This document shows positions 44,439 through 56,425 of a stretch of DNA of 64,000 nt, in pieces. Position numbers and translations under genes: made by a program. This DNA is from Diplonema japonicum. Lineage: Eukaryota > Protista > Euglenozoa: Diplonemea. The stretch is from the NCBI GenBank assembly GCA_964019335.1, contig OZ025677.1:434001-498000 (forward strand), given 5' to 3'. The notes under the pieces were generated by a model that saw only the letters and a program-made list of their open reading frames with translations, searched no databases and was not told where the DNA came from. Every line of letters starts with the position of its first letter. The first letter of the stretch is position 1.

Positions 44439-44955
44439 CTCGATAAAATTTCAGTGTGCATGGGGGTGCTCACCGTTCAGGTAGAAACTCACACTAATCG
44501 GTCACCGTTCTGCGGTTGCTGTCTGGTGCCTGCGGTGGCTGTTTGTCGCGATGAGATGGACGGCATCTGGGCGAGAAACATTGCTTGGAGTCGTGCTAGG
44601 TAGGGGGGGGTTTGGCTCGAGGAGAAGAGTGGTCTCCTGTCGTAGCCGTGTGCCGTCGGGCCCCCAAGATGTCGAAGGGTATGCACCCTTGATTTGGCGC
44701 TGGCGGGGAAGGCTGATCTTCCACAGCGTGCTGAGCATTTCTGGATGCGACCCAAGATGTATCGCATCCTTGCGGCCTTCTCCGTGAGCAGGTCTTGATC
44801 GTCGAGGGGACCTATGAGCGACCGGCGGGTGGTCTGCTCATAGTCTATGGCGAGTTCCATTGTCGTGACGGAAGTTTTCTTCTTACCATCGTACCATCGT
44901 AGGCCTCTTAGCCACTTGAGGACGTTCTTCAAATGAAAGGTCAGGACCGCGCCTG
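44439..44955 (-). mobile_element. LINE 3' fragment with 3' UTR
   Basis: TTMELAIDYE...LRHLGGPTAHGYDRRP homologous to the 56787 ORF. The UTR motif cgataaaatttcagtgtgcatgggggtgctcac recurs at ~22065. Confidence 0.75.
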
Positions 44956-45956
44956 AAAAAAAAGAAAACCAATGGGTGGAGTGACAGTAAAACAACAAAA
45001 AAAGAAAAAAAAAAACAGGGGGTAAAAAAACTTCTTCCTCTGGCATTCAACGATAGCATCAATTAAGAAACCAAATGGGAAGAAGGGAGGGGGGGTGGAA
45101 GGCAATGTAGGTAAGGCAGAAACATAAAAAATGGAAAATTGGGGGGGGGGGGGAAATGCGCTTTTTTCCTTTTTTTTTTTTGTTTTGTTTCCTACCTAAT
45201 TAAGGTTTGTGACGCATGATAGTACCAAACATATCTATGTTTTCGATAACTACTATAATTAGGGTCTCACTTCATTATAAAAAAGAAAAAAAAAACGGTT
45301 GGTATATATAGATAGTAACGCTTACGGCAACAGGCCGTAGTCGCCCCCCCTCCGACAAAAAAAAGCTTTAAAGTTTTGTGCGTGAAAAGAAAGATACTGG
45401 TACTCTTTCTTCTTTTTTCTTTCAAAATTTCAATTTGCAACGCAAAAAGCGAAAGAGAAACTAAGTAAAAAAGAGAAAAAGAAAAAAGGAGAATAAAAAA
45501 TCCCCCCCTCCCCCCATCCTTCTGTGAAAAGTATATTGTATAAAAATCGGTTTTGGACTTAATGCGAAAAGATTCTCAAACCTATAATAAATATGAGTTA
45601 AAGGAACATTTTCCGTTCTAAGTCAATACACGGTAAGAATCAAACCCAGTGTGGCTGCAAGAAAAAAAAAAAGAAAAAAAGACACACGCAAGGTGATCTT
45701 CCTTTTTTTTTCTTTCCCTTTTTTGCCCCCCCCCCACTAAAAGAAAACCGCAGCTAATCAATAGTGAAAAAGAAAAAGAAAAGCTTTTTTCTTTTTTTTT
45801 TTTTTTTTTTTTTTTCGCCAGATCCTTAGCGAATCGTGGTGAAAAGGGAAAAAAAAAAAAAAAAAAAAAAAAACCAAAACCAAAAAAAAAAAGGAGGAGG
45901 GTAATGATAAAGATAAATGAGGACTGTCAGAGTAGTGGCAACAAACACATGTTTGG

Positions 45957-45993
<37 letters not shown>

Positions 45994-47473
45994 GCGTCAT
46001 GAGCTACTTTATTAGGTAAAATACCGCTCGTGCGCCCAAAATACCTCGACAAACCTCGAATATAATGAAATATATAAAATAAGAAACCACCGCATTTTCT
46101 TCTTTTTTTTTACCTGGTTATTTGTGCGCTGCCGACGAAGATAGTAGTTGCTTTCTGCGACTAGAGCTTGTGACAGAGGACAGTTGTAAAAAAAGAAAAG
46201 TCAATTAATCTAGAACGCGGTGTTCTTCGGCAATAATTTACCTGGAAAACGACTGTATAAATTGAATATTGCAAAAGGAACGAAAGAAGAGGGTAGGTAT
46301 GCGACTAGATACCCCCTCTAAAGGAAAGAAGTCCTTGTTGCCCGAAATAAAAAAAACTGCTGGCTGATTATTAAAAAAAAAAAATAAATAAAAATAAAAA
46401 AAAGAGAGAGAGAGAGAGAAAATGGCGTTTTACAGCGAGGACCCTTAGCCAAGTACTTCGTTGCAACGAAAAATAAAAAATAATGTTCTTTTTTTTCTTG
46501 TTTTCTTCCCCCCCCCCCCCCCCCCGTCCTTTTAAATAGTCCAAATATTTTCCAAAGGTTTTTTTTTTTTTTTTTTTTTTTTATTACCTGCGGTATTTTT
46601 GGCCGAATTTTGGGGGCCCCTTTTTTTCGTTCATTTTTTAGAAAAAAAAAGAAAAAAAAAAAGAGATATATGTTTATTGGGCCTCTGGGAAAATCTCTTT
46701 TTTTCACTGAGCAGAAACTCGCCGGTCTACATTGACCAGGGATTTTTCAAAGAGTTGCTTAGACCGGCGATTGCCGACCCTACGGGGCCCTGATTTAAAA
46801 CAGCTTTTAAAAAAAAAAAAAAAAAAAAAAACAGCATGCTCCTTTACCACCCGGCTTTTTATTGATTTTATTTTTTCTTCGAAGATTTTGTTTCGGGAAG
46901 AAAAAAGAAAAAAAAAAAAAAGGTCATTAATGAAACCTTTCAAGCAATAAAAACAAAGCGAGGAAAAAGAATGAAGAAAAGCAAAGGTATCTATGAAAAA
47001 AAGAAAAAAAAAAAAGAGAAAACGGACATGGAACGTATAATAATAAAAAGAGAAAACAAAAAAAAAAAACATAAATGAATTGATGGTTGTTGTGAGACAC
47101 CCAAAGGGGGGAAGAAAAAAAATACAAAAATAAAAAAACAATATAAAAAAAAACATAGAAAAATGTCAGTGTTGTTAGTAATTTATAAAAAAAAGGGGGG
47201 GGGGAATAAACAGCTACACCATATCCACTGGGAGTACCGTATTTTGAACGGCCACAAACAACTGGCTGAAACAACTGGATGCAGCAAGGCAATGCACCAG
47301 GTTCTTCTAAGGTTTTATACTAAATAAAAATACGGTTTTTTTTTTTCTCGTTTTTTTCTTTTGTTTCATTTTTCATCACCCATGTCGATAATGTAAAGTT
47401 ATTCATGGAATGAAAAAGAGGGGGGGGAAAAAAAATGAGTGAAAGGAGGTCTTTTACCTCTCAAAAAAAAATA

Positions 47474-48475
47474 CTGTAAAACGAATAATGTCGGACGGAA
47501 AAATTCTCGGACAGAAAAATTCCCGGACACCAAAAAAACCCGGACATTTTTCCGTCCGGGAGTTTTTCTGGGAAGAAGTTTTTTTACTTAAGGGGGTAGC
47601 AGCTCCCACCACGTTTGCCTGGAAGGGCTTTATTCCTTCAAAATGTTTACCCTGCGTGGCAGTTTGAATTTTTCTTCCCCTTTCAATGCACCAACAAACA
47701 GCACCCACGGGATCTTCTCATAAACCCGTACTTCTTTCGTCAAATTGACCAGTTCGACTTCCCAAGGCACGTTGAGCAGCTGGCTTGTGAGGGGTCCAAC
47801 TTTGGTGCTGACACCCCCGGCCAGCTCACCCCCGAGAGGTGGAGGAGATAAACTCCTTACACCGGGCCAGTACAAACCCCCGAAAGCAGCTTGGCTGCCT
47901 CTGCCTCGGTCAGAAGACGGCAGCAACAGGTTCAACAGAGCCCCCGGTTTCTTCCAGACGGAAATACTGGACGTTGCTATTCCACCCTACCACACCCTGG
48001 CCGCCGCGACGCCGTGATAGCAGCGTATCGCCCAATACGGGATTTAGCATCCTTCGGGGGCGGAAAGGTTTTTGCTTGAGTCGATAGGTAAAACGGGCTT
48101 GGCGAGCCTATCCCAGCACAACAAATATGCACCTATGCAGAAGGGCTGCTGCACGCCAATCCAGCCCGAAAGACAGACCTGGTAGACTGACAAAACTTTG
48201 CAGCAAGCCGTGGGTTGAACGCAGCTGTAAAGCATCTATTAAGAAAGGTAGTAGGCCACACGAAGGCTCGACAAGCTGATTGCCTCAGGGGCAGCAAGGG
48301 AGGACAAAGATGCAGAAAGGGAACCCTGGGGGTTTCTTCGCGCGGTTGCCGTTTGCAGCCCAGGCCAGTATGTAGGTGGTAGTGGACCAGGCCCCCTGAC
48401 GGCCTTACCTAAAAAAAATTCCCGGGACGCCAAAAAAACTCGGACATTTTTGTCCGGGAGTTTTTCGTTTTACAG
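47474..48475. mobile_element. TA-flanked non-autonomous DNA transposon (Tc/pogo-like)
   Basis: TA|ctgtaaaacga ... tcgttttacag|TA with cggac subterminal repeats at both ends. Confidence 0.8.
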
Positions 48476-48477
48476 TA

Positions 48478-48729
48478 CTGTAAAACGAAAAAATCCGGAA
48501 GAGAGAGAAAAACATTCCGGGCTCATGGGGAGAACACCATCTTCAAGAAGGGGTCTGCAGGATAGGGTCATCAGGCTCAAGACCCTGGGCAACAATTCTG
48601 GAGGGTCCCCCCCCAAGCCGAAAATGCCGGCTCGAGAAAAATATCCAGGCTTTTTTCGCTTCGGGGAGCTTGTCACTGTCCGGTATTCTTCTCGTCCGGC
48701 ATTTTTCTCCGGAGTTCTTCGCTTTACGG
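48478..48729. mobile_element. Related MITE abutting the previous element at a shared TA
   Basis: TA|ctgtaaaacgaaaaatccgg ... ccggagttcttcgctttacgg|TA. Confidence 0.7.
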
Positions 48730-49133
48730 TAAAAACAACAAACGCTTCTTTGTAAATGAAGTCGGTTGGAATTAGATTCAGACTCCTTCAATAAAAAAAG
48801 TATTTCTTAAAAAAGAAAAAAGAAACTTCCTTGGAAAAGGGCCGGATGGAACTAATTGGGGTTTGCTGGGAAAACAAATTTCGAAGTTCTTCCAACCGAT
48901 TTTACAAAGACAAACCGGGAGATAAAAAAGAAAAAAAAGCGCAGGGCTTACACGACAAGGCAGCACTTCTTATTTTCGGAAGTAAACCGGAAAAAAAGTG
49001 AGAATATGACCTTGAAGTTTCGAACACCCCAGTGAGACTTAAATATTTTTAAGCAGCTGCACACAAAAAAAAAAAAAAAAATAAAAAAAAAATAAAAAAA
49101 AAGAAGAATATGAGGTTTTCGTTCAAACCTTAT

Positions 49134-49184
<51 letters not shown>

Positions 49185-49453
49185 CAGTGATTTCTTTTGC
49201 CTTTTGTGAGGGGTTGAGGGGGGGTGAGAAAAAGAAGAAAAAAAAAATGAGTAAAGGAAGAAAGTTGCGAGACGCCCCTTGCTTTTTGCAGGCCTTCTCA
49301 CCAGCTTCGCCGTTTCCCTTCTGAGGCTTCGGTGATTCAAAAATCGCCCTCTTGGTGTCCTAAATCCTGAATCGCAGTAAATGAGTACACTTGCGGGGCC
49401 GGTTCTGCTGGGCTTGGTACCTCCTTAAGAACGAAAAGAAAAATAAGAGTCAA

Positions 49454-49567
49454 AGGAAGCCCCAGTGTTTTTAGGTGGTGCCCCCGCACAAGCACTGTCT
49501 AATTGATTACAGGGGGCATCCCGGGTAACCAAGATTCTGCGCTCGTGCAGTTTGCTGCCTCCACCAC
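49454..49567 (-). repeat. Family B, internally deleted copy
   Basis: ttgattacagggggc + cccgggtaaccaagattctgcgctcgtgcagtttgctgcct. Confidence 0.75.
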
Positions 49568-49652
49568 AAAAATAAAAAAAAGAAAAATAAAAAAAAAAGA
49601 TGTCTTTGTGAAGGGAAAAAGGCAACAAAAAGAGATAAAGAAGAAATAAAAA

Positions 49653-49776
49653 GAGGAACTGGCCGTTGTTTGTGTTTGGTGTACGTCCCCGGGTAAAACC
49701 TGGAGAAGTTTGTAAAACCCGAAACTCGTTGACAACGTTCCCCTTTAATTTAGACAAGTCAAATACTCGTTCTTGC
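49653..49776 (+). repeat. Dispersed repeat family A, full length
   Basis: Matches the 25365 copy; A runs on both sides. Confidence 0.9.
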
Positions 49777-50132
49777 AAAAAAAAGAAAAAGAAAAAAAAA
49801 AAAAAAACAAATAAAAAAGTAAGGCGGGGACGGCATCCTGATTTCTTTTTCTTTTTTTTCTTTTCAAAATAGAACATTGATAAAATATCAATAACTAGTA
49901 TGTCCTACTATGTTCAGGTTAAATAAATATGGCCAAGAATTCGGTATTTGTTCAATGCACTTAAAGCAGTCGGACTGGTGAAACAATGGTTTTTTTTCTG
50001 AGCCGTCTTTTTTTTTTCTTTTTTTTTTTTTTTTTTTTTTTTTTAATCTTTCCGACCCTCTTCTGCGATATACCAGAGTTCTTGACAAATACTGCACTTG
50101 ACCATAAAAAAAAAAAAAAAAAAGAAAAGAAA

Positions 50133-50459
50133 TGGGGCTTTGATTGCAACACTAGGTGGCGTTAAGCGTGCAACGAAGCACGAAATACCTACTTGATTAC
50201 AGGGGGCGCTCCTCGGCCGAGCAGTAGCTTCTTCTGCGTTCCGCGTCGTGTCCTTAATGCATGCGGTGTGCTCAACCCTAGCCGGGGCGTCCCGGGTAAC
50301 CAAGATTCTGCGCTCGTGCAGTTTGCTGCCTGTTCGTCACCCTGAGCATCTGCGATACGTTCTTCCACTCGGGCGCTACCGGTGATGACCGACGAGGAGG
50401 TCAACAGCGAACAACACATCTGATGTACTTCTTATATTTCCATGTTATCCCCACCACCT
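50133..50459 (-). repeat. Family B, full-length copy
   Basis: Reverse complement of 21728-22054 with few substitutions. Confidence 0.9.
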
Positions 50460-50461
50460 TT

Positions 50462-50596
50462 AAAAGTGTCTCGAGTTCCTCTCCTTGGAAGGAGGGGTGG
50501 TCGAGAAGGTACAAGAAATCCTGTATATGGTTTATTGATCATGGATCAGATTGGGTACCAATAAAGTACAGAAACTGTAGCTTTAGAATCGTTGGT
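50462..50596 (-). ncRNA. Spliced-leader (SL) RNA gene copy / orphon (exon 50559-50596, donor GT at 50558-50557)
   Basis: ACCAACGATTCTAAAGCTACAGTTTCTGTACTTTATTG|GTAC matches the diplonemid 39-nt SL as I recall it (AACCAACGATTTAAAAGCTACAGTTTCTGTACTTTATTG), lacking the first A. Followed by stem-loops and TTTT. Confidence 0.8.
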
Positions 50597-51169
50597 AAAG
50601 AAAAAAAAAAAAGAAAAAACAGCACATGTCCTTCACGCCTTTTAAAAAAGAAAAAAAAAGGTTGGGGGGAAAAAAAGGGGGGGAAAAAAAGGAGAAAAAA
50701 AAAAAGGAAAAACCCCACCACTTATACCTTCTTGGTCTTTCCTCTCCTCGCTTCATCAGGCAGCGCTATCCCGCTATGAAGGAAAAAGAAAAGAGAAAAA
50801 AAAAAAGAAATGAAGAAAGAGAAGAAGGAAAAAGCACTGCAAACCACAACCATACACCTTTCTGAATAGTTTTGTGCTAAAAAGCCACCTAACAACTCAG
50901 AGATCTTTACACCCCTCTTTTTATTCAAGAAAGCATAGTTAAAAAAAAAAATGACAATAAAAACTTGTATTCTTCATGCCGCGTAAAGGACTTACTTTAC
51001 ACGAGCGGAAATTGAAACTACAAGCGTTTACCATATTTCTCTTTTTTTTTCTTCTTCTTTTTTTTTCTTGCGGCTTACAGTACTAGAAGTAAAACAAAAA
51101 TGGGAAAGAACCTATTCTTTTTATTAAACATGGAAAAAAAGCAAAAGTACAAACACACATAACTCAGAT

Positions 51170-51199
51170 TTCTCTCTCTCTCTCCTCTCTCTCTTCTCT

Positions 51200-51274
<75 letters not shown>
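51170..51274. repeat. (CT)n microsatellite
   Basis: Direct inspection. Confidence 0.95.
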
Positions 51275-51277
<3 letters not shown>

Positions 51278-52821
51278 CCCCCCCCTATTTTTATCTCTCT
51301 CATCCTCCCCCTTTAAGAATGATTCTTTCTATTTTGCGGGGGAAAAAGTTAAGTTCAAAATTAGGATTTTCTTATGTAATTTTGTTGCATGTAAAAAAAA
51401 GAAACATGAAAAAAAAAAATCGGAAAAGAAAAAAAAAATACAGTTACTGTAAAATGTCCAAAATCAACCTTGGCTCTCCAGGGTAAAAAAGGGGGGGGGA
51501 GTGCCATTTTTATTGACTAGGACTGTTCCTCAAAAACTAGAATTTAACCGCAGATCGCGGATTTCTTTTTTTTTTTTCCCTTTTTTTTTTCCCATCGCTT
51601 TAAATATTGGGGGACAATGTTTAGTTTAAAAAAGAAAAAGAAAAAAGAAAAAAAGCGAAAACAAATCGAAGAAGAAGTAAAAGGTGAACAAGAGAAACTC
51701 GAAAGAAAGAAAACGACCAAAAAAAAAAAAAGATGTGGTCGACAAATTTGAAAAAACAAATGCAAAAATAAAAAAAAAAAGATTTTTTCTTATCCTTATA
51801 AGGATCAGTAAATTACATGGGAAATAAAGAGGAGAAAAAAAAATAAAAAGAAAAAGAACCCTCCAAAACATACAGTCAGAAGGGACATGTTTCAATGCTG
51901 CCTTAATGTCTTTGATAAATGTGCTCAAGAAGAAAAGAAGAAAAAAAAACTTGGCTTCTTGGTCGATAGGGCTAAAACATGGTTTTTATAAACTTGTATG
52001 TGCGATAAGGGAGCACTTTTTAATAAAAAAAAGCTTCTTTTTCATTTCTTTTTTAATTTGCCACTCTTCTCTTTGTCATTGGCCAAGTCTCAACATATGA
52101 AGATTCGATGTGTTTCTGCATTTTTCTTTTCTTTTTTTTTTTTTTTTTTTTACATAATTTTGAACTGTTGAAAGGCCGAACATAGTCCATAGTCCTTGGC
52201 GTTTTTCATTTTTTTTTTTCTTCTTCCGCTGCTACTTTTTTTTTTCTTCTTCTTTTTTTTTTTTTCTTTTTTAAATGTTGCCAGAAAAAGCCCATTTATT
52301 GCCAAATGAATAAGCTGTCTTGTTCTATCGGAGAAGAAAGAAGTGTAAACGAGCAACCAAAAAAAAAAGAACTAAGAAGAAAAACGAGGGGGGGGGGGGC
52401 AAAAGAATAATAAAAAACCTTACTATGGTTGGGCAAATAAACCGCGAGAAAAAAAAAAAGAAATTCTATTTTTACTCCTCTTCAATTCACTGTACAAACA
52501 CAACGTAACACGACAACACCAAATGAAAATATCATCCTTGGTTCTTTTGTGCCTCACGGGCACAGCACAAATATTCCCCATCAAGTACTCAACCTTGCGT
52601 ACCATTCAGAGAATGAGCGTGTGGCCCTGTTCACATCGTGAAAGAGAAATAAAACGCCAGTTAAGTTGTATAAATAGCTAGCTTCTTCTATTCTTTTTTT
52701 TTTTCTCTTTTTTTTTTATTCTTTTTTGCAGATTGTAGCTTTTTAACTAAGTAGAAAATGAATTTCTGTCTTGCTGCTTTTTGGATGGGGAAAAAAGAAA
52801 AAAAATATATATAAGAGTTAA

Positions 52822-53104
52822 AGGAGGCCGGTGTTGGCGGCGCCCTGCACAAGAACTGTCTACTTGATTACAGGGGGCGCACCGCGGCCGAGTTGTAGCT
52901 TCTTCTGCGTTCCGCGTCGTGTCCTTAATGCTTGCGGTGTACAGCTCAACTCCACCCAAGTTTCCAAGATTTTGTTTGCTGCCTGTTCGTCACCCTGAGC
53001 ATCTGCAATACGTTCTACCACTCGGGCGCTACCGGTGATGACCGTGGAGGTCAACAGCGAACAACACATCTGATGTACTTCTTATATTTCCATGTTATCC
53101 CCAC
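52822..53104 (-). repeat. Family B, variant copy with TTAA|AGG end
   Basis: Core shared with 50190-50455; alternative end shared with the 49454 copy. Confidence 0.85.
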
Positions 53105-53186
53105 TTGATCTCTACCAAAAAAAGAAAAAAAAAGAAATCTTTACATTGGTACTACAGTACTTAGCCCGCATTTGCAAAGAAAAAGT

Positions 53187-53262
53187 TTGTACTTACCGGG
53201 TAGAAACCTGGAGAAGTTTGTGAACCCGTAAACACCTTGCCAGGCGTCCCCCTTGACAAGCC
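53187..53262 (+). repeat. Family A, degenerate
   Basis: ccgggtagaaacctggagaagtttgtgaacccgtaaacaccttgcca. Confidence 0.75.
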
Positions 53263-54166
53263 AAATGACTTTTTTTTTTTTTTTTTTTTTTTACCCGCAT
53301 AGAGGCAGGGTCAGCCACCCTTTGCCCTTTCTTTTTTTTTTTTTCTTTTCCTTTATCACGACATTACCACAGCCGTCATGTATAAAAAAAAAAAAAAAAA
53401 AAAAACGCTTCTCGTTCTTTGCGTACTCCTTTTCCCCCCCCGGACCCTTCCCCCGAGGAAAAACTTTCACTTGGCTGCGAAAGTTTTTTGCTCGGCACAA
53501 GTTGCATATAGTTACAAAATTGTTCCTCTGAAAAAACTGCTTTTTTTTTTTTCGACCACCTCTGACAGTTTTGTCAGCACACGCTTACGTGCGTCAGCCG
53601 TATCTTCCATGATGAGCTGTTTGGTCGTGGCCTTTAAAAAACCATTGTCGAAAAGCAATTGGAATTCTTTTTAGCCGGGCTGTGATGGGTCATTTAGCGG
53701 ATATGAAGCGTTAAATTTGTTTTCTTTTTTTTTTTTTTTTTTTTGTGAAAACAATGTTGTTTAAGATATCTCTTCCGTATTGATAGGGAGAATGAAATAA
53801 CTGAAATACTAGTTTGGCGCTCCATTTGTTTGTGCGCACGAGCGGAATTTTACCTAATAAAATAGCTCATTACGCTGCCATCAACTAGTTTTTAGTCTCG
53901 ACAATAATATTGTTAAAACAAAAAAGAAAAGCTCACAGCCTGAAGCGCACTGTTCAAGGCCATTTGTCATTCAGTTTTGACAATTGAGTTAACTTGGGGA
54001 AGGGGGGGGAGAAAAAAAAATAAATTCTCCAAATATATAAAAAATAAAAAATAAAAAAGAGCCGGCTTTGATTATGCAAGCCGTTTTGGATATAAAACGG
54101 GCAAGCTGCTTCTTACTCTTTTTTTTTTTTTTTTTTTTTCTTTTTTGCAAATGTTCAAAAGAAAAC

Positions 54167-54910
54167 AACTATTTATTTAGTGAAAATAAGATCGTATGAT
54201 TTTCACGCGTGGTGGCAGTGGTTTAACGAGTGGGTATATGACTTCACGAGCGAAGCGAGTGAAGTAACATCAACGAGTTAAACATGCCACCACAAGTGAA
54301 AATCGGATCTATTTTCACTAAATCCGTTGTTTTATTTAACGTCAGTCAGATTTGAAAGGGTGGGGTATTACAAGTTACAAGTTACAAGATACAAATTTTA
54401 CTGGGGGTGCTTATGGTTGATATTGATTGTCAAGGCATATCCTGTGTGGTGCGGGCAGTGCGTCCATGGGTGCTGACAGGACCTCGGTCTGGACCTGTGG
54501 GGCTGCTGCCTGGGTTGCTGAGGTTGCCCCACTAGCAGCTGTCACCGCTGCTGGCTTGCCAAGCCCACCTCTCTCCCCTTCTGTTGAGAGGCGACCAGAT
54601 CCTTGAGTGACGTAAAAAGTGAGATTCCCAGATTCGAACCGGGGTTTCCAAAACAAGGGGGCCTGTGTGGTAACCACTTAGGTGATTCCTTTTCCGTGTT
54701 TTCGGACCCGACCCCTTGCTGTGCAGTGAAAATAGGGCAAGCGTGAATATAAAGTACTTTATATTCACTCATAAAGTAATTTTCATTTCTGCCCCTGTTT
54801 TCTTCCTAAAACAAGCCTGAAATCTGCAATGAAAATAAAGTGAAGCGTGAAATAATGTGAAATATTATATTCACTCCCACCCTTGAAAATCTGACTGGAG
54901 TTATATATAT
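54167..54910 (-). mobile_element. Non-autonomous Crypton-like element, family 1
   Basis: Both ends are homologous (reverse complement) to the ends of 61139-62025, including the ~120-nt imperfect hairpin with a cacgagcgaagcgagtg apex. The interior is unrelated. Confidence 0.7.
54614..54690 (-). pseudogene. tRNA-like Pol III unit (degenerate)
   Basis: A-box-like TAAGTGGTTA, intact T-arm CCCGG-TTCGAAT-CTGGG, then TTTTT. Acceptor and D stems do not pair. Confidence 0.5.
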
Positions 54911-54924
54911 AGAAAAAAAAAAAA

Positions 54925-54973
54925 GAGGAACTGGCCGTAAAGCACGTTGCCAGCGTTCCCCTTAGACAAGTCA
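54925..54973 (+). repeat. Family A, internally deleted
   Basis: gaggaactggccgt..cacgttgccagcgttcccc.ttagacaagtcaa. Confidence 0.75.
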
Positions 54974-55298
54974 ACCACGTCCCAAGTATTCTTTTTCTCT
55001 TTTTCTTTTTCTTGTCCCCATTCTTGGGAATGTCACTTATAGTTGACCCGAAACAAAATTTGGGACAGGTTTTTAATTCAACTTTAATAAAACAAATATT
55101 TATTTCAGAAAAAAAAGAGAAAAAAAAAAAGAAAAAGGACTCTGAAATGTGAGGTAGAATGAACATTTTCCCTATAAAATCTTCTTTCATAGAAATTTGT
55201 TTCGGCCTTGCACTTGCGCTGGGCCCGTTTTTATTCTTTTTTGTTTTGTGAAGTAACAATCAAAAAGAAAAAGTAAAGAGAAAAAGAAAGATGTGAGA

Positions 55299-56022
55299 AA
55301 TAGCTATTTACTGCCAACAAGTAATGACCTTTACCTCGAGGTTCCGCATTTTACCGTCGAGGGCCCGCAGGGCCCGAGATGGTAAAATGCGGAACCGAGG
55401 TCGGTAAAGCATTACTTGGCGGTAGGTAAGTGGTTTTATTTCACGACACTCTGAAATTACTTCACCACGAGGGGCACAACAGGGTGACAAGGGGTACAAC
55501 AAGAGAGGGGTTACAAAGGTTACAATACAAGTTGTTTTTCCTCCTTTTGTTGACTAAGAGCTGCCGCTGTCGCTGGCATTGCCACTGTCACCATCTCTAA
55601 TCAGGCCTTCCCATACCTGGCGCGGCCGCTGGCTCCTTTTTTTCTGCTGCTTCGGTATTTTGAAGTCATTTGGGGTGCTTGGGTAAGCTGACTAAAGTTA
55701 CCCTTACCCACAGAAGAGTTACCCCCAGAAACTGGGAACAAGGCCTAGCCAAAAGTGGGCAAATTGAGAGGAAAAAGTAGTCCAACTTGGAACTGAGCCG
55801 AGGCAAAAGTTGGCCAATTGAGCTGAACCTGGGGGGAAACTAGCAAACTGAGAGGAAAAAGTAGCCCCACTGGGAACCGAACCGAGGCAAAAATTGGCCT
55901 ACCGAGGCATATTATTTAACGGAAACCCCCTATTACTTCACGGAAAACAGGCCATTATTTCACCGTGAAGTAATGAGCCCCCCAGTGCGTGAAGTAATTT
56001 CTGAAGAGTGAAATAAAAAATA
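55299..56022 (-). mobile_element. Hairpin-ended (Crypton-like) non-autonomous element, family 2
   Basis: ~115-nt bulged hairpin at 55310-55425 centred on gggccc-gca-gggccc; ttatttcac/gtgaaataa motifs at both ends, as in family 1. Confidence 0.55.
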
Positions 56023-56390
56023 GAAAAAAAGAGGTGCAACGAGAAAGCGCGACCAATTTTCTTGATGTAACAGGTAGCTATGGATAGCACGGTGAAGCCC
56101 TAAAAAATATTTAATGGGGAGGGGAAGGGGGGGGAGAATGGTAGTTTATAAAATCCGCTGGGAGGGGGAGGGAACCTAGTTTGTGTCTTTGTAGCTACCT
56201 CCCTAAGACAGTTATCGTTTTACATCTTCTGTTTCCCCTCCCAACGCTTTTTCTTCGTGCGCGGTTCACTGGGATCTGCAGTCTCCCTAGCTCCCATATG
56301 TTCCCGCACTTCCTCACACCATGCAATCTTCTGTTAGAGAAAAAAAAAATACACAAAATTCAAAACCCCGCAATTTGTTAACACGGTTAA

Positions 56391-56425
<35 letters not shown>

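Noticed and set aside
54614-54690. Functional tRNA gene
   Set aside because: Only the T-arm is intact; no paired acceptor, D or anticodon stems.
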